A stretch of DNA of 64,000 nucleotides, from assembly GCF_000281045.1 (NCBI RefSeq), contig NW_008246086.1, forward strand, positions 427,793-491,792, written 5' to 3'. A model generated the notes under the pieces. The model saw only the letters and a program-made list of their open reading frames with translations. It had not been told where the DNA came from and searched no databases. This document shows positions 14,247-30,671 of this stretch, in pieces; positions within the stretch are counted from its first letter, which is position 1, and each line of letters opens with the position of its first letter. A program made the translations under genes and the position numbers. This stretch comes from Saprolegnia diclina VS20. Taxonomy: Eukaryota.

Positions 14247-16151
14247 CTAGGCCAAGGCGTAGAAACTCGACTTGCCGCCGGACCGCCCCGTATTTGTCTC
14301 TTCCAGCAGCGGGATGTGCTTGAGATGGGAATTCGTGCTCGTGGCCGAGAGGAGGCTCACATCGCTGGCTGTGCGCTTGAAGTACAAGGTGCCCGGCGGC
14401 TCAATGTCGACCTCGCAGCGCGTGTTTTTCAAAATGTAGTCGCAGTCCATTTGCTGGAGGTTGCCGACAAACGGGAGGTTCTTGTGCAGAGCGTCCTTGA
14501 TGTCCTCTTTTGCGACGCGGTGCAGCGACCGAATGAGCTGCGCGATCGTCGGCCGCTGCGTCGGGTCGACTTGCCAACACATCGAGACGAGCACCTTCCA
14601 GCGCGGTGGGCACGAATTTGCGATGATCGTCGGCCGCTTGCCTTGGACAATCGCGGCTTCGATCTGGTGGTTCCACCGAATCTCGTCGTACGGCAGCTTC
14701 CGGCCGTCAATGAGCTCCCAGAGAATGACGCCCAGCGAATAAATATCAATCTTCTCCGTGTACTGCTTGTTGCCCTTGATGACCTCGGGCGCCATCCAGC
14801 GGGTCGTGCCGACAAGACCGGTCATTTCCGGTGAGACATGATGGTTCTGGCTCCGGACGATCTCGGCGAGGCGGAGCGTACCAAAGTCGGCAATCTTGGC
14901 GTGCCACGTCTCGTCGACAAGGATGTTGGGGCTCTTGAGGTCCCGATGGATCATCTGCGAGTTGTGTAGGTACTGCAGCCCGTACGCGAGGCCGAGCGCA
15001 AGCCGGATCTTCATGGGCCAAATGATGCTGCGGCCGTTGAGTGCATAGGCATTGGAGAGCACGTCGCGGAGCGACCCCCGCGCGCAGTACTCGGAGATGA
15101 TACAGATGGAGCCTTGGTAGAACCCAGCCTCCATGAAGAGCACAATGTTGGGGTGCGTGAGCCGCTTCATGACAATGGCCTCTTGCTGGATCTCGACGTT
15201 GCACTCGTGCAAGAACGCTGGGTCAAGCGCTTCGTGGTTGTTGTCGAGGAGGAGCATCTTCATCTTGACCGCGACGACCGCGCCACGCCACTTGCCGCGG
15301 TAGACAACTGCGAGGCCTTGGCCAATCTTCTCGCCAATCTCGAGCCCGTGCAGCTCTTGCGTCGGCGAGAGTGGCGGCGCGGCCTCGTCTGCCTTGAGCG
15401 TCGGCGGCCGGTAGCAGTTGACTTTGGATAAAAAGACGATGCAGTTGCCAGTCGGCCAGAGCGCAAACAAGATCGACGAGATGTTGGCAAACGCGTCGTC
15501 GGGCGTCGGCGTCGGCGCGCCGGTGGCAAAGAACCACACGTCGTTGGTGAGATTCGGCGTCACGAACGCTAGGAAGATGAGCATGTAGCCGAGGAGCTTG
15601 CCCATGACGACGCTTTGCCCTAGCTGGCCGGACCGAATCTTGTGTGCACGGAACGAGCAGAGCGCATAGAGGACGGTCACGAGCGCGATGAGCGCGAGCG
15701 TGTCCCAGACGACACGTGCAATCAGAGGCACCTGCTGGGAGCTGGACTCGAGCGCGTAAATCTCGAGGGCCGCGTAGAGCAGCGTGAGCGACCAGATCGC
15801 TGTGTGCGTAAAGATCATGGAGAAGTCGCCGCGCTGGTTCTGCCGAAACAAGATGTACAAGGCGAGCGCGATCGACCAGAGAAAGGACGATATCTCGAGG
15901 CTCCAGTGCGGCGCCTTGAGGAAGACGTCAATGGGCCACGACGGCGGCGCGTTGCGCAAGGCGAGGACGTTGGCAATCGCGCCCGTCAACGAGAAGCCGA
16001 CGTCGCTCAGCGCGCGGTAGAAGATGAGTTTGGTCGAGAGGGCCGTGGTGTGGCGGATGCGCAGGAGCATGTACGAGGCCGCGACCGTCGACACGACCTG
16101 GCAGATGAGCGTCGCCGTCGTGAACATGCGTCTCGTGTCGTCCGTGGGCAT
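14247..16151 (-). CDS. GPCR-TKL fusion: N-terminal ~7TM (CAR/Git3-like) region joined to a tyrosine-kinase-like kinase, intronless
   Basis: The first ~245 aa hold about 7 hydrophobic helices (LIFYRALSD, SSFLWSIALALY, GYMLIFLAFVTPN, PTGNCIVF). They are followed by VAVK, HPNIVLFM, HRDLKSPN, DFG, GTTRWMAPE and DIYSLGVILWE. Confidence 0.88.
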   Translation of the reverse strand: MPTDDTRRMFTTATLICQVVSTVAASYMLLRIRHTTALSTKLIFYRALSDVGFSLTGAIANVLALRNAPPSWPIDVFLKAPHWSLEISSFLWSIALALYILFRQNQRGDFSMIFTHTAIWSLTLLYAALEIYALESSSQQVPLIARVVWDTLALIALVTVLYALCSFRAHKIRSGQLGQSVVMGKLLGYMLIFLAFVTPNLTNDVWFFATGAPTPTPDDAFANISSILFALWPTGNCIVFLSKVNCYRPPTLKADEAAPPLSPTQELHGLEIGEKIGQGLAVVYRGKWRGAVVAVKMKMLLLDNNHEALDPAFLHECNVEIQQEAIVMKRLTHPNIVLFMEAGFYQGSICIISEYCARGSLRDVLSNAYALNGRSIIWPMKIRLALGLAYGLQYLHNSQMIHRDLKSPNILVDETWHAKIADFGTLRLAEIVRSQNHHVSPEMTGLVGTTRWMAPEVIKGNKQYTEKIDIYSLGVILWELIDGRKLPYDEIRWNHQIEAAIVQGKRPTIIANSCPPRWKVLVSMCWQVDPTQRPTIAQLIRSLHRVAKEDIKDALHKNLPFVGNLQQMDCDYILKNTRCEVDIEPPGTLYFKRTASDVSLLSATSTNSHLKHIPLLEETNTGRSGGKSSFYALA

Positions 16152-17049
16152 CGCTTCGTCGGTCCTGCCTTTCTGCTGGCTCGCACGTATCGACTTTCAG
16201 AGGTTTCCCAAGCGCCAGGAGCGTTTCCGAAAACCAGCTGGCGTCGCCAGGCTTCTGCGCCGGCGCGTCACCAAGCACCACACACACACACGGACATTGC
16301 CCACCGACGAGCATCGGCCAACGACGACAGCCTCCTCTAAAAGGTACTATACTTGTATTTACTATGAAGATTACCAGCACTACAGTGTAGTACGGCGCAG
16401 GCAGTCGACCTGTGGACCCATCTCTCAATACCACGTCACGCGTTCTTGCTTGCCCAAACCTCTCAAACTTGATACTGAAAGACAGGCCGCATGACTCACT
16501 TGCCTTGCAGTCGCCGTCGTCGTCGCCATCGTCGCTGGGCACCGCATCGACTCGTCGACTTGTAGTCGCTTAGCTTGACTGGACACGTCTTCCTACGAGC
16601 CGCTGCATTTGCATTCGTCATTCTGTGGCCAAGCGTCTCGTGTGTTGCAGCGTTGAGTGATATCCTCGTAGCGTGAAGGATTACATATTGAGCGTTGGCT
16701 TATTGAAAGCTTAGAGCGATCGAACGAGTAGAAGGGACGGACGAACGGGCACGTCGTCATGTCTTGGCGCCACACGCGTGCGTAACTGCGACCTGCTGCG
16801 CGTCGAGAAGGGTCTTAGTAGAATTGTTTTAGTCGATGGCGCCGACTCGAGTCCTTCGAGCGTGGGTGCGAGCTTGAAGCAGCGCCGCCTCTACGTCGAC
16901 TAGCCTCAAAGACAGTTTTTATTTGCAACGTTGAAGGGCGCCATTTTTATTTGGTCCGGATACGGATGTTGTATCCGGAGGCCGGCTGCCGGCTATTTCG
17001 AGCTGCCACAACGAATATCGGAGCGAGGGGCCAAGACGACGGGAGGAGC

Positions 17050-18850
17050 ATGGTCCGGTTCAACGCGATCGTGGGCCATGAGATTGTGAGCTCGGGCGGC
17101 TCCAAGCACACGGTGTACATCCTCGAAGTCCAGATCGACAACATGAGCTACGTCGTCAAGCACCGGTACCACGAGTTCAAGGAGCTCCACGACACGGTAT
17201 GGCTCGTCGCGCTCGAAAATGCCATTTAGCCGCTGCGTAGCTCGTCAAGGAAGGCTACAAGTGCACGGCCGTGCCGCCCAAGAAGTTTATTGGCAGCCTC
17301 AACCCCGAGTTTGTGCACAAGCGCCAGCTCGAGCTCAGCGTGTGGCTCCAGCAGCTCTGCGCGTGGGATCCGACGTCGCCGTACCCGAACCCGCACAACA
17401 GCGAAGCGCTCAAGGTCTTCCTCCTCGAGCACGTACGACCGCTCTCTTCTATCTCTATGGCGTCGCTCACTGCATGTGTAGAAGGAGCCGCGGACGACGC
17501 CGCCCTCGGACACGAGCGCCAACTGTGTGCCCAAGCCGCAGGCCGCGCCCAAGGTCGAGTACGTCTCAAAGGCGTCGTCCGAACTCGAAGACAGCGCCGA
17601 GTTTGACAAGGAGGCCAACATGGAGGACGAGATCACGCTGTACAACACGCCCAAGACGCGCCTCGACGATTTCGAGCTGCTCAAAGTCATTGGGAAGGGG
17701 TCGTACGGCAAGGTGACGCTCGTGCGGAAGAAGGACTCGAAGAAGCTGTACGCGATGAAGACGTTGAGCAAGCCCAACGTCAAGCGACGCAACCAGGTCG
17801 AGCACACGCGCACCGAGCGCCGCGTCCTCGGGCTCACCAAGCACCCGTACATTGGTACGTCCATGTCTCCTCTGCCATTTCTGATTCGACCGCATTAGTG
17901 CACTTGCATTACGCGTTCCAGACAGCGCAGAAGCTCTACTTTGTCATCGACTACTGCCCCGGCGGCGAGCTCTTCTTCCATCTCTCGCGCATGGAGCGCT
18001 TCTCCGAGAGCATGGCGAGCTTCTACGCGGCTGAGATTGTGCTCGCACTCGACCACCTCCACCAGCTCGGCGTCGTCTATCGGTAGCCCGTCGTATATCG
18101 CATTGGGCTCACCGAGGCGTAGGGACCTCAAGCCCGAAAACATCCTCTTTGACGCGACGGGCCATGTGCTCTTGGGTACGTTCCTTGTACTAGCTCGTGC
18201 GTCTCATGTCGACGGGCGTAGCCGACTTTGGCTTGGCGAAGGAAGGCATCACGGACGGCGCAGAGGGCACCAACTCGATGTGCGGCACGCCCGAGTACCT
18301 CCCACCGGAGATCCTCGACCGCGTCGGCCACGGCACGTCGGTCGACTGGTGGGCGCTCGGCATGGTCCTCTACGAGATGCTCACGGGCCTCCCGCCGTGG
18401 TACACGCGCAACCGCCAAAAGCTCTTTGAGCGCGTCCGGAACGCGCCGTTGACGTTCCCCGACTATGTATCGGCGCCGGCGCAGTCGTTGATTGCCGGTC
18501 TTTTGAATCGCAACCCGAACGAGCGCCTCGGCAACAAGAGCGCCAAGGACATTCAGGTCCACCCGTTCTTTGCGGCCATCAACTGGGACGCGCTCTACGC
18601 GCGGGAGCTGCCCCCGCCGTTCAACCCGTGCGCCAACATCAACCTCGAAGAGACCAAGAACTTTGAGGCCGAGTTTACAAAGATGCAGCTCAACTCGGTG
18701 CCGGACGCGACCGTCATGGGCGGCTCGTACAACCGGTCGTCCGACGTCCGCGGCTCGATCACGTTCCAAGGCTTCACGTACAACACGCCCAGCGACATGA
18801 ACAACATGGGCATCGAGTCGACGCGTGGCTCGACGCTGACGCAGTTTTAG
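17050..18850 (+). CDS. PX-domain AGC kinase (SGK/Akt-like), multi-exon
   Basis: [43 protein letters not shown]. Kinase: [29 protein letters not shown], plus AGC tail hydrophobic motif FQGFTY. Confidence 0.9.
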
Positions 18851-19215
18851 CAATCACGTTTCGAATCTACTCGTCGTATGTGTGCATCGTATTGTCTATT
18901 GTTTGTCGATCATTGCACGCACAATATTGTCTCTGTACTCTACCAGTCCTTGGGTGCCCAACGTGTCGTGATTGACGGGGAAGTCGCAGCATCGTGGTGT
19001 CGACATGCCGCCTGTCTGAGCTGAACGTTTCTCCGAGTGCCACGTCATGGAGGCCACCAAGGGTCCACCTGCCCGCGCCACGTACTACATGCACCATTAT
19101 TGTTGACAGTGCTTTTGGCCGTCGACCAACGTCCTTGCCCGATGCTGGCCTGTCGGCCCCGCACGACGCCGGCGTCGCCAAATACCGGATACGGTCGCCT
19201 GTCGCATCCGCATAG

Positions 19216-20648
<1,433 letters not shown>

Positions 20649-21032
20649 TAAAGTATAGACGCGCAACTTCAACGAGGTATACGCTCGGCAATGCGTACAG
20701 CGCAAAGTATCCAGTGAAATGCATTCAACGACTTGCTGGCGAGAAGATAGTAGCATGTGGATAGTGAATCGCCTTTGGATAGTGGATGATGGATTGAACA
20801 ACGCATTGCGGCATCGTTGCGCTGACGACTGTCCCATTGTCATTTCTCAACAAGTGCAAAGTGGCGCCAAGTGCAAAGTGGCGTCGGACGTCTATCCATC
20901 CACTCCTCTTGACCGATCTCAAACAATCCAAGTCTCCAGGATAGGCCGGCGAGGTCCCATGCAAAATGGTATGGTACATTGGATTAATCCTAACTTGGTC
21001 TAAGTGTACTATTCGATCAAAGTAGTATCGAT

Positions 21033-24149
<3,117 letters not shown>

Positions 24150-24175
24150 TTATATACACTCGGCATCGCACGAGA

Positions 24176-24544
24176 TCACCGAGTTGTCGTCGTCGTCGCG
24201 ACGACGACCGCACCGGCGACGGCGACGAGCGAGAGAAGCAGCGTGAGCGCCGGGAGGTGCGACGCCAGTACCAACTGGGCACCGATCGAACCTGGTGGTG
24301 TGCGGTTGCTTGTTGTCATTGGGATCTCCGCTGCGTCGGTGTCGTCTGTCGCGGCGTCAATGTGATCGGCTGCCACGTGGCACACTGGCCTGAAGAAGAT
24401 CAAGCCGTCTTGGAATATTGAGGTTCGAGCGCCTTGCTGCAGAATGGCCAGCGTGAGCAGCAGCGACGCGCAGAGCACAGCCGCCACGATCATGGCGCTG
24501 AGGTCCTCTGGCAGTGCCGCCAGAAAGGGCCCGACCAGATTCAT
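24176..24544 (-). CDS. Small hypothetical protein with two hydrophobic segments
   Basis: ATG at 24544 gives 122 aa with TM-like MIVAAVLCASLLLTLAIL and LTLLLSLVAVAGAVVV. No family recognised. Confidence 0.35.
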   Translation of the reverse strand: MNLVGPFLAALPEDLSAMIVAAVLCASLLLTLAILQQGARTSIFQDGLIFFRPVCHVAADHIDAATDDTDAAEIPMTTSNRTPPGSIGAQLVLASHLPALTLLLSLVAVAGAVVVATTTTTR

Positions 24545-25168
24545 CCGACCTCGTGTGCGTCGAACCAGACTCTTTCTGAGAGGCGTCGTCGCACCGCGAG
24601 GCTTCCAATCGAACTGTAGTACCTCAAGTTGGGACGGTTGGGCACAAGGGCGTGCACCAATGAACGAACGCGACGCCGGTGCCGTTGGGACACGCCTTGC
24701 CAACGGCCCCACCTCGGACGTCGAGCCTCAAGCCTTCGATGGCCGGTAGGTCGGACCCTGTGCACCCAGCGAGGAGTATACCACGAGGCTGAGAAAGTGG
24801 CTGGATAGCGCCTATCATACCCAGGCTACTGTGTACTACACTACTAGTGGAGGGCCACTGTGGCTCTGGACAGGGCGATAAATTTTGGACTGGCGGCTTC
24901 TTCTTGGGTGGCTTTTCCCGCCACCCCAGACAGCGCTCGTCCGGACGGATGCGGATGTAGGAGCTCCAGCCAAAGACATCGCAGGTCGAAGTAGAGATTG
25001 TGATTCTTGCAGTGCGCTGGGCAGCCGCGTATGCACCTTTGCGCAGTGTCGTGCACTGTACGTGGTGGAAGCCCATTAGCGATATGCACTCGTATGTGTG
25101 GAGCGCGATCGGGTCGACGAGCAAGTAAGCACGGGTCTGGCGCGTGTTGCGCATCGAAGCGGCTACCG

Positions 25169-25322
25169 NNNNNNNNNNNNNNNNNNNNNNNNNNNNNNNN
25201 NNNNNNNNNNNNNNNNNNNNNNNNNNNNNNNNNNNNNNNNNNNNNNNNNNNNNNNNNNNNNNNNNNNNNNNNNNNNNNNNNNNNNNNNNNNNNNNNNNNN
25301 NNNNNNNNNNNNNNNNNNNNNN
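25169..25322. other. Assembly gap (N run)
   Basis: 154 consecutive N. Confidence 1.
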
Positions 25323-27312
25323 AACAGGTATCTTGAAGGGGTGTCGGTTGGATCCTGTGTGTCGGGATTCGAACCAATTTATTGTACAATTATACAATTT
25401 ATTGTAAAAATGTACAAATATTGTACACACCCTGCGTGGTGCTGTTCATGGGCTTGGTGAGTGGTAGTAGGTCCCTCCATTCGCGTCAGGCGTTCGTGCT
25501 GGCATCAGCAAGTCGCCCTCTAGCATCGCGAACCTAGGTTAGCCAGCGTGAAAGACCGTTGCTTTGACCAAAGAACATAAATGTACACTTATGTCCGTCG
25601 CTTTGATGGACATTTGGGGTTCTCGATGCGGTTTCGGGGTATCTTGTGCAGGACCTTCCCGCTTAGGAACTAGTCGCGTGGATGAGCTTGTCGTTGCAAT
25701 GGCCACTGCAGCCTGAAGGCGATCAGGAGGAAGCGGGACTGGGGCTCCCATCTCCATCGATGAGCGCCGTCTCTCCTGACAGCTTCCTAACTCTGGGTAA
25801 GTATCTCACTTGCATTCTGGCGTCTTGATTGAACCAGACTTGTTTGACCAGCATCGCTACTGATACTGGTATCGCTGCTCGAGTGCTTTCTAGTCGACAA
25901 AGGCCTAATCACCTATCGCCGCACGAGTGTATTGATGTCCCGCAAATAGTGTGTTTTGAGAAATCTACGACCCGATTGAGTTTCAACATTGAGATTCAGA
26001 GTGAAAAGGATCCAGTCGCGCATTCGGCCAGCAGCGATGTGCGGTCCCAAGCGCCCGGCCGTGGCGACGCGGACGGTCCTCGGCCACGTCCTCATGGCCA
26101 TCGTCCAGTGCTGCGCGTCATCCGGCGACGCCATGGTCTTCCTCTCTGCGCTGCCACGCCGCTCGCAGCGCTCCACGAACTCCTGCGCTGAGCTGTCAAT
26201 GCCGGTCTTGCGCCCTTGACACCACCGAGAACGGAGGCCCGTCCCAACGAACCACACGAGTCGCCAAGTGTCGATGAAGAGCGTCCACCAAGTCGAGGAC
26301 GATGCGCCCGTACCTCGTTCGCGCTGCAGTGTTGTCTAGCACAGAGGGCTTACACGCGACAGACAAGCTCCAGAAGACGTCCGAGAGAACATGAGTCGAC
26401 AAAGCGCGCGCCGTCAGCGTGCGATGAGCCCGATGAGTTGATCTTGGCGACGCGACTCCCATCCGAGGTGCACTCCGAAGCGAGCACAATCAAAACAAGG
26501 GTTGTAGACTTCTTTTCATCAAGATGCTTTAGGACCAGCTCTCCGCAGGAACTTGATCATGATCTTCACCTCTTGGTCCGATTCCCCAAGACAGCAAAGT
26601 GGCCTCCTACTACATGTCTCTTGCAGCTTTATGGCGACGGAATCCTGGTCGACAGACTCCTCTGCGGCCTTGCGCTCTAGGATCGTTCTAGATGGAGCGA
26701 GTGCGATGATCGGGATGACAACGATGATGCAACGCCATCGCGGTTAGCTGGTGCGCCATTAGCCGTGGCTCGTAGTAACTTCTACACCTGTACTGCGCGT
26801 GCTACTGCGAGTGCTGCGCTTGTCCAAGACGAAATCGCGCTGCCATGGAGTACCATGCACCATCTCGCAGACGCTCTTGCATGACCGCCGTAGCGGGAGA
26901 CGACGTAGACTACAGCAGTCGCCCGCCTCCAAACACCTCTGTCGCATGGCTCTGGCTCGGCGAGAAGGACAGTGTCGTGGGCGGTCGTTATCGGCTCGTT
27001 GAGCCTTTGACGCCCGTCTCGCACGATGGCACCGTCCCGCCGACACCCTTTCGCTGCACCTCGATGGCCGCGTGCTCAGACTACCTATAGGAGCATGGTC
27101 CTCGATGTGCTGCAGTATGGATGGCGATGCTTGCGCCAACATGGGCTGCTCCGCAGAGGCCACTGGCGCCGGCTTGGGTCCAGCGGCCGGTGTTGGGCGA
27201 TTGTCGGCTGGCAAGTCGGAATATTCGGCTCATTTTTTTCAATTTTCTCAAGTGTTTTCATACAAACGTCCAGTGTAGACGCGAGGTTCGAATCAGGATT
27301 CAGTTTGCTAAG

Positions 27313-29326
27313 ATGCCCCAGTACGGTGACGTCGTAACGGGCCCCTCGGGCGGCCGCGACAACGACCGCGCAGCCTTGATGGCCGAGGATGGCCGGGTCA
27401 TCGCCGTGACCGTGCCACCGACGTACGGCGAGGTTGCGACGCCGACGCCGCCGGAAGAGCAGGCGCGCCAGCGCGCCGAAGACGCTGCGACCCGCGAAGA
27501 GGCGGCCGGCGACCTCATGCATGGCGTCAACTCGTTCTGGGCCGTGCTCTGGCCTGTCTGTGTGACCATGGTCATCGCCAGGTACCATCGCTATGGCTCG
27601 CCCAGGCGCTCATGGCCATGACGTAGCGTTGCCGTCGTCAACTTTCGAAGCGCCGCGTTGCAGGCGTCGATGAGGTAGAGTTCTGGCTTGCTCGCTGGTT
27701 GCCATACCGACGGTCGTAGTACGTACCTCGTGTACAACGAAGTCCAAGGCGCCAAGACGGGCACGGTTGTCGGCCACTCGCTCGTGAACGCGCTTGTTGT
27801 CATTGGGTTTGTGACCGTGCTCACCTTTTGCATGGCGCTCCTCTACAAGTTCAACTGCATGAAGGTATGGTCTCGACGCCATGCAAGGTAGCGACGTATC
27901 CCTCGCATGCGTAGCTGCTCGTGGGCTACATTATGTTTTCGTCGTCGGCGATCCTCGGCTTTGAGGGCGGCCAGCTCGTCGACACAGTGTTCAACGACCG
28001 CCTTCACTGGCCGCTCGACTGGATCTCCTTTCTCTTTATCATGGTCAACTTTGCGTTCGTGGGCGTCGCCGCCATCTTCTACCAAAAGGTACAGGGTTCG
28101 ATCCGCGCTTGTTGCCGCTGACAACCGCGTTCTCCAGGGCATCCCAAAGCTCGTGCAGAACGCCTATCTCGTGCTCGTGAGTGTCATCCTCGCGTGGCAG
28201 TTCTCCATGTGGCCCGAGGTACCTTTGCTAAGCGTTCACCGGACTTGGCTCATATGGATGCTTCTGTAGTGGACAACGTGGATCTTTTGTTTTATGTTTG
28301 CCTGCTACGATCTCTGCGCGGTGCTGACCCCGTGCGGCCCCCTCAAAGTGCTTGTACGTCCATCTCAATCTCAAAAGTGTGAACTCAACGTGGAGTAGAT
28401 TGGCCTCATTGAGCAAAAGCAAGCGCCTATGCCGGGTTTGCTCTACGAAGCTCAGATCCGCGACGGTGTCGGCAACCGCCGCCAGCAGCAGCACCAACAA
28501 GAAGATGAGCAACAACAGCAGCAGCAGCAGCAACGACAACAACCACAACCACAGCAGCGTCCGCCGCAGCCACCGGCGCCCGTCAAGTCGACGCCCGCAC
28601 CACCCGCTGCACGCCAGCCTGCAGCCGAGCCCTCGACAGCGTCGTATACGATCGAGCTCTCGACGTCGCATGCCGACCATGTCGTCGACGACACGGTACG
28701 CTCGCGCTGCTTCGGACGTGTGCTTACGACGAGGTGAACGTAGCCATTCGAATCGTATCCGTGCGAGACGGAGGCCGAGTTTGAAGCGCTCCTCGGCGCC
28801 TTCTACCAGCGCTATAGCCCCAACGACGTGTGGAAGGTCGAGCAGGTCGCGGCCAAATTCTTCCTCAAGCAAGACCGCATGTGGCCGTCGATGTTTCACA
28901 AGTACCTCGTGTGCTCGTGCGGCACGGCCAGCACGCCCTGCGACGTCCAAATGGCCATCGACATTCGCAACGCGCGCCGTGAAGAGCGGGCGGCCGAAGC
29001 CGAAGACGACAATACGATCAAGCTCGGTCTCGGCGACTTTATCTTTTACTCGGTGCTCGTCGGGCGCGCGGCCATGTACGACTTTTCCACATTTGTCGTG
29101 TGCTTTCTCTGTATCCTCATGGTATCCAACGATCCATGTATCCTATCCTGATATCCCGGTACGATCGTAGGGGCTCGGCGGTACGCTCTTTCTTCTCTCG
29201 GTGCTGCACAAGGCGCTGCCGGCGCTCCCGATCTCGATCTTTCTCTCGGTTGCGTTTTACTTTTGGTCGCGCGCCACGTTTGTCGACTTCTGCAACTTTG
29301 TGACGGTCCTTCCGTCCGCGCTGTAG
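27313..29326 (+). CDS. PSEN: Presenilin (gamma-secretase catalytic aspartyl protease), multi-exon
   Basis: Catalytic YDLCAVLTPCGPLK and KLGLGDFIFYSVLVGRAA, PAL motif ALPALPISI, and LLYKFNCMK. Stop TAG at 29324-29326. Confidence 0.93.
28482..28558 (+). repeat. CAG/CAA low-complexity tract encoding poly-Gln in the presenilin loop
   Basis: Translates QQQHQQEDEQQQQQQQQRQQPQPQQ. Confidence 0.85.
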
Positions 29327-30671
29327 CCCAAGGATCTCGTTGGCCCGTCAAATAAGAACTTATGACGACGAAGACGCCGTGTATGTATGATGTGGCGTTG
29401 ACCTGTTGTCCACAACCGCCACCGAGGAGAGAACCCGAGGAAGACTCTGCGCGGTGTCACTGTGCTGTCGCCTGCCCACGGCCGAGGGTGCAAGCGTCTC
29501 CGTGGCGTCCGAAGCATTCGCCCACCTTCACAAGCCCGTGCTGGCCAAGGTCCACCGGAGCTTGGCTTCCATGTCATGGAGCTTCTTGGGGAAAAAGCCG
29601 GGTGGAGGGCATCGAGTACTCGGCTAGCGCCACCGCGAGAGCTTGTGTCGATTGAGGTATCGCGATGCTGTGGCTCTGGCCGTAATTACACGATACACAG
29701 CGAACCTGCCTCGTGTTGATGCTACTTGCAGCATTCCGTAGCCAGCAAATGGACGCTGCTTGCCACGGAGTCGGGCTCTCGCCTCGCCGTCAAGTTGACC
29801 ACGGCTTCGTATATGCAAGCACTTGCATGCACAGGAAGTTGACCCATTTCGACCGCTCCACCTCTGTCGGACGAAGCGCGCTCGCATCTCGGTCGTCGCA
29901 GCCTTGGGTCATGGTACAGCTATGCACTGTCGCCACGACCATGTCCTGTGCATAGGCCTGTCGAATGCAGCATGCGCTTGCAGGGATTTGACCTCGCAAC
30001 ATCGTCGTCGGCCATCGGCGTCGTCCGCCGGCTTCTTCAATACGGATGGCGCCACCCAGTTCCCAAGCCGCCATCCGAGCTTCGACCGGTTTGTGTCCAC
30101 GGCCATGTCGCAAGATTGCACTTTGTAAAAACGTGCGGTGGGGACGGCGACGGCCACCGCATTGCACGTCGGTGTCGGTGTCGACGACGGTGTCGGTGTC
30201 GGTGTTGGCGCCATCTGCACCGGTGGCGCCACCATGCCGCCTGCGTCGGTCCGCGTCATCGGCGCGATGGTCCTCGAAGCGACCAATCGCATTGCGCGGC
30301 GCCTAATGACTGGTCAAGAATCCTTCATGCGCCATTTGTCATCCTTGCCTGCGATTGGCTGCTTGTTGGAGCTTCGTATCCGGAAGTCCGGATACAGGCG
30401 TTCGTGGGGTTGAACTGTAGCCGCTCGTGGGCAAATCGGGTGCATTTTTATTCAATTTTGCAATAAAAATCATCGGTATTTTTATTCGGATCCGGACGAG
30501 GAAGATTTGAAATCACTGAGCGTTTGTATACATGGGACGCCCTGTTGACGAAACCGTCGGCGCAATGATCAGCGTGGAATTCCGCAAATTAATATCATTG
30601 GATCCCGCGGAATTAATTAAACGTGCGGCGAAGGCATTGTTCGTTTTCACGCCCAGAAGACAAGTAGCAAC

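Noticed and set aside
20851..20883. 16-nt tandem duplication CAAGTGCAAAGTGGCG between convergent tgt and CHS
   Set aside because: Two short copies only; most likely slippage with no evidence of function.
25340..25430. Possible tRNA gene from the GGTTCGAATCC T-loop
   Set aside because: No acceptor stem, D-arm or anticodon arm can be formed; kept only as an isolated B-box finding.
29360..30340. Possible minus-strand spliced gene with a PTPTP tract
   Set aside because: Some coding-like features, but I could not build a stop-free model or recognise a family.
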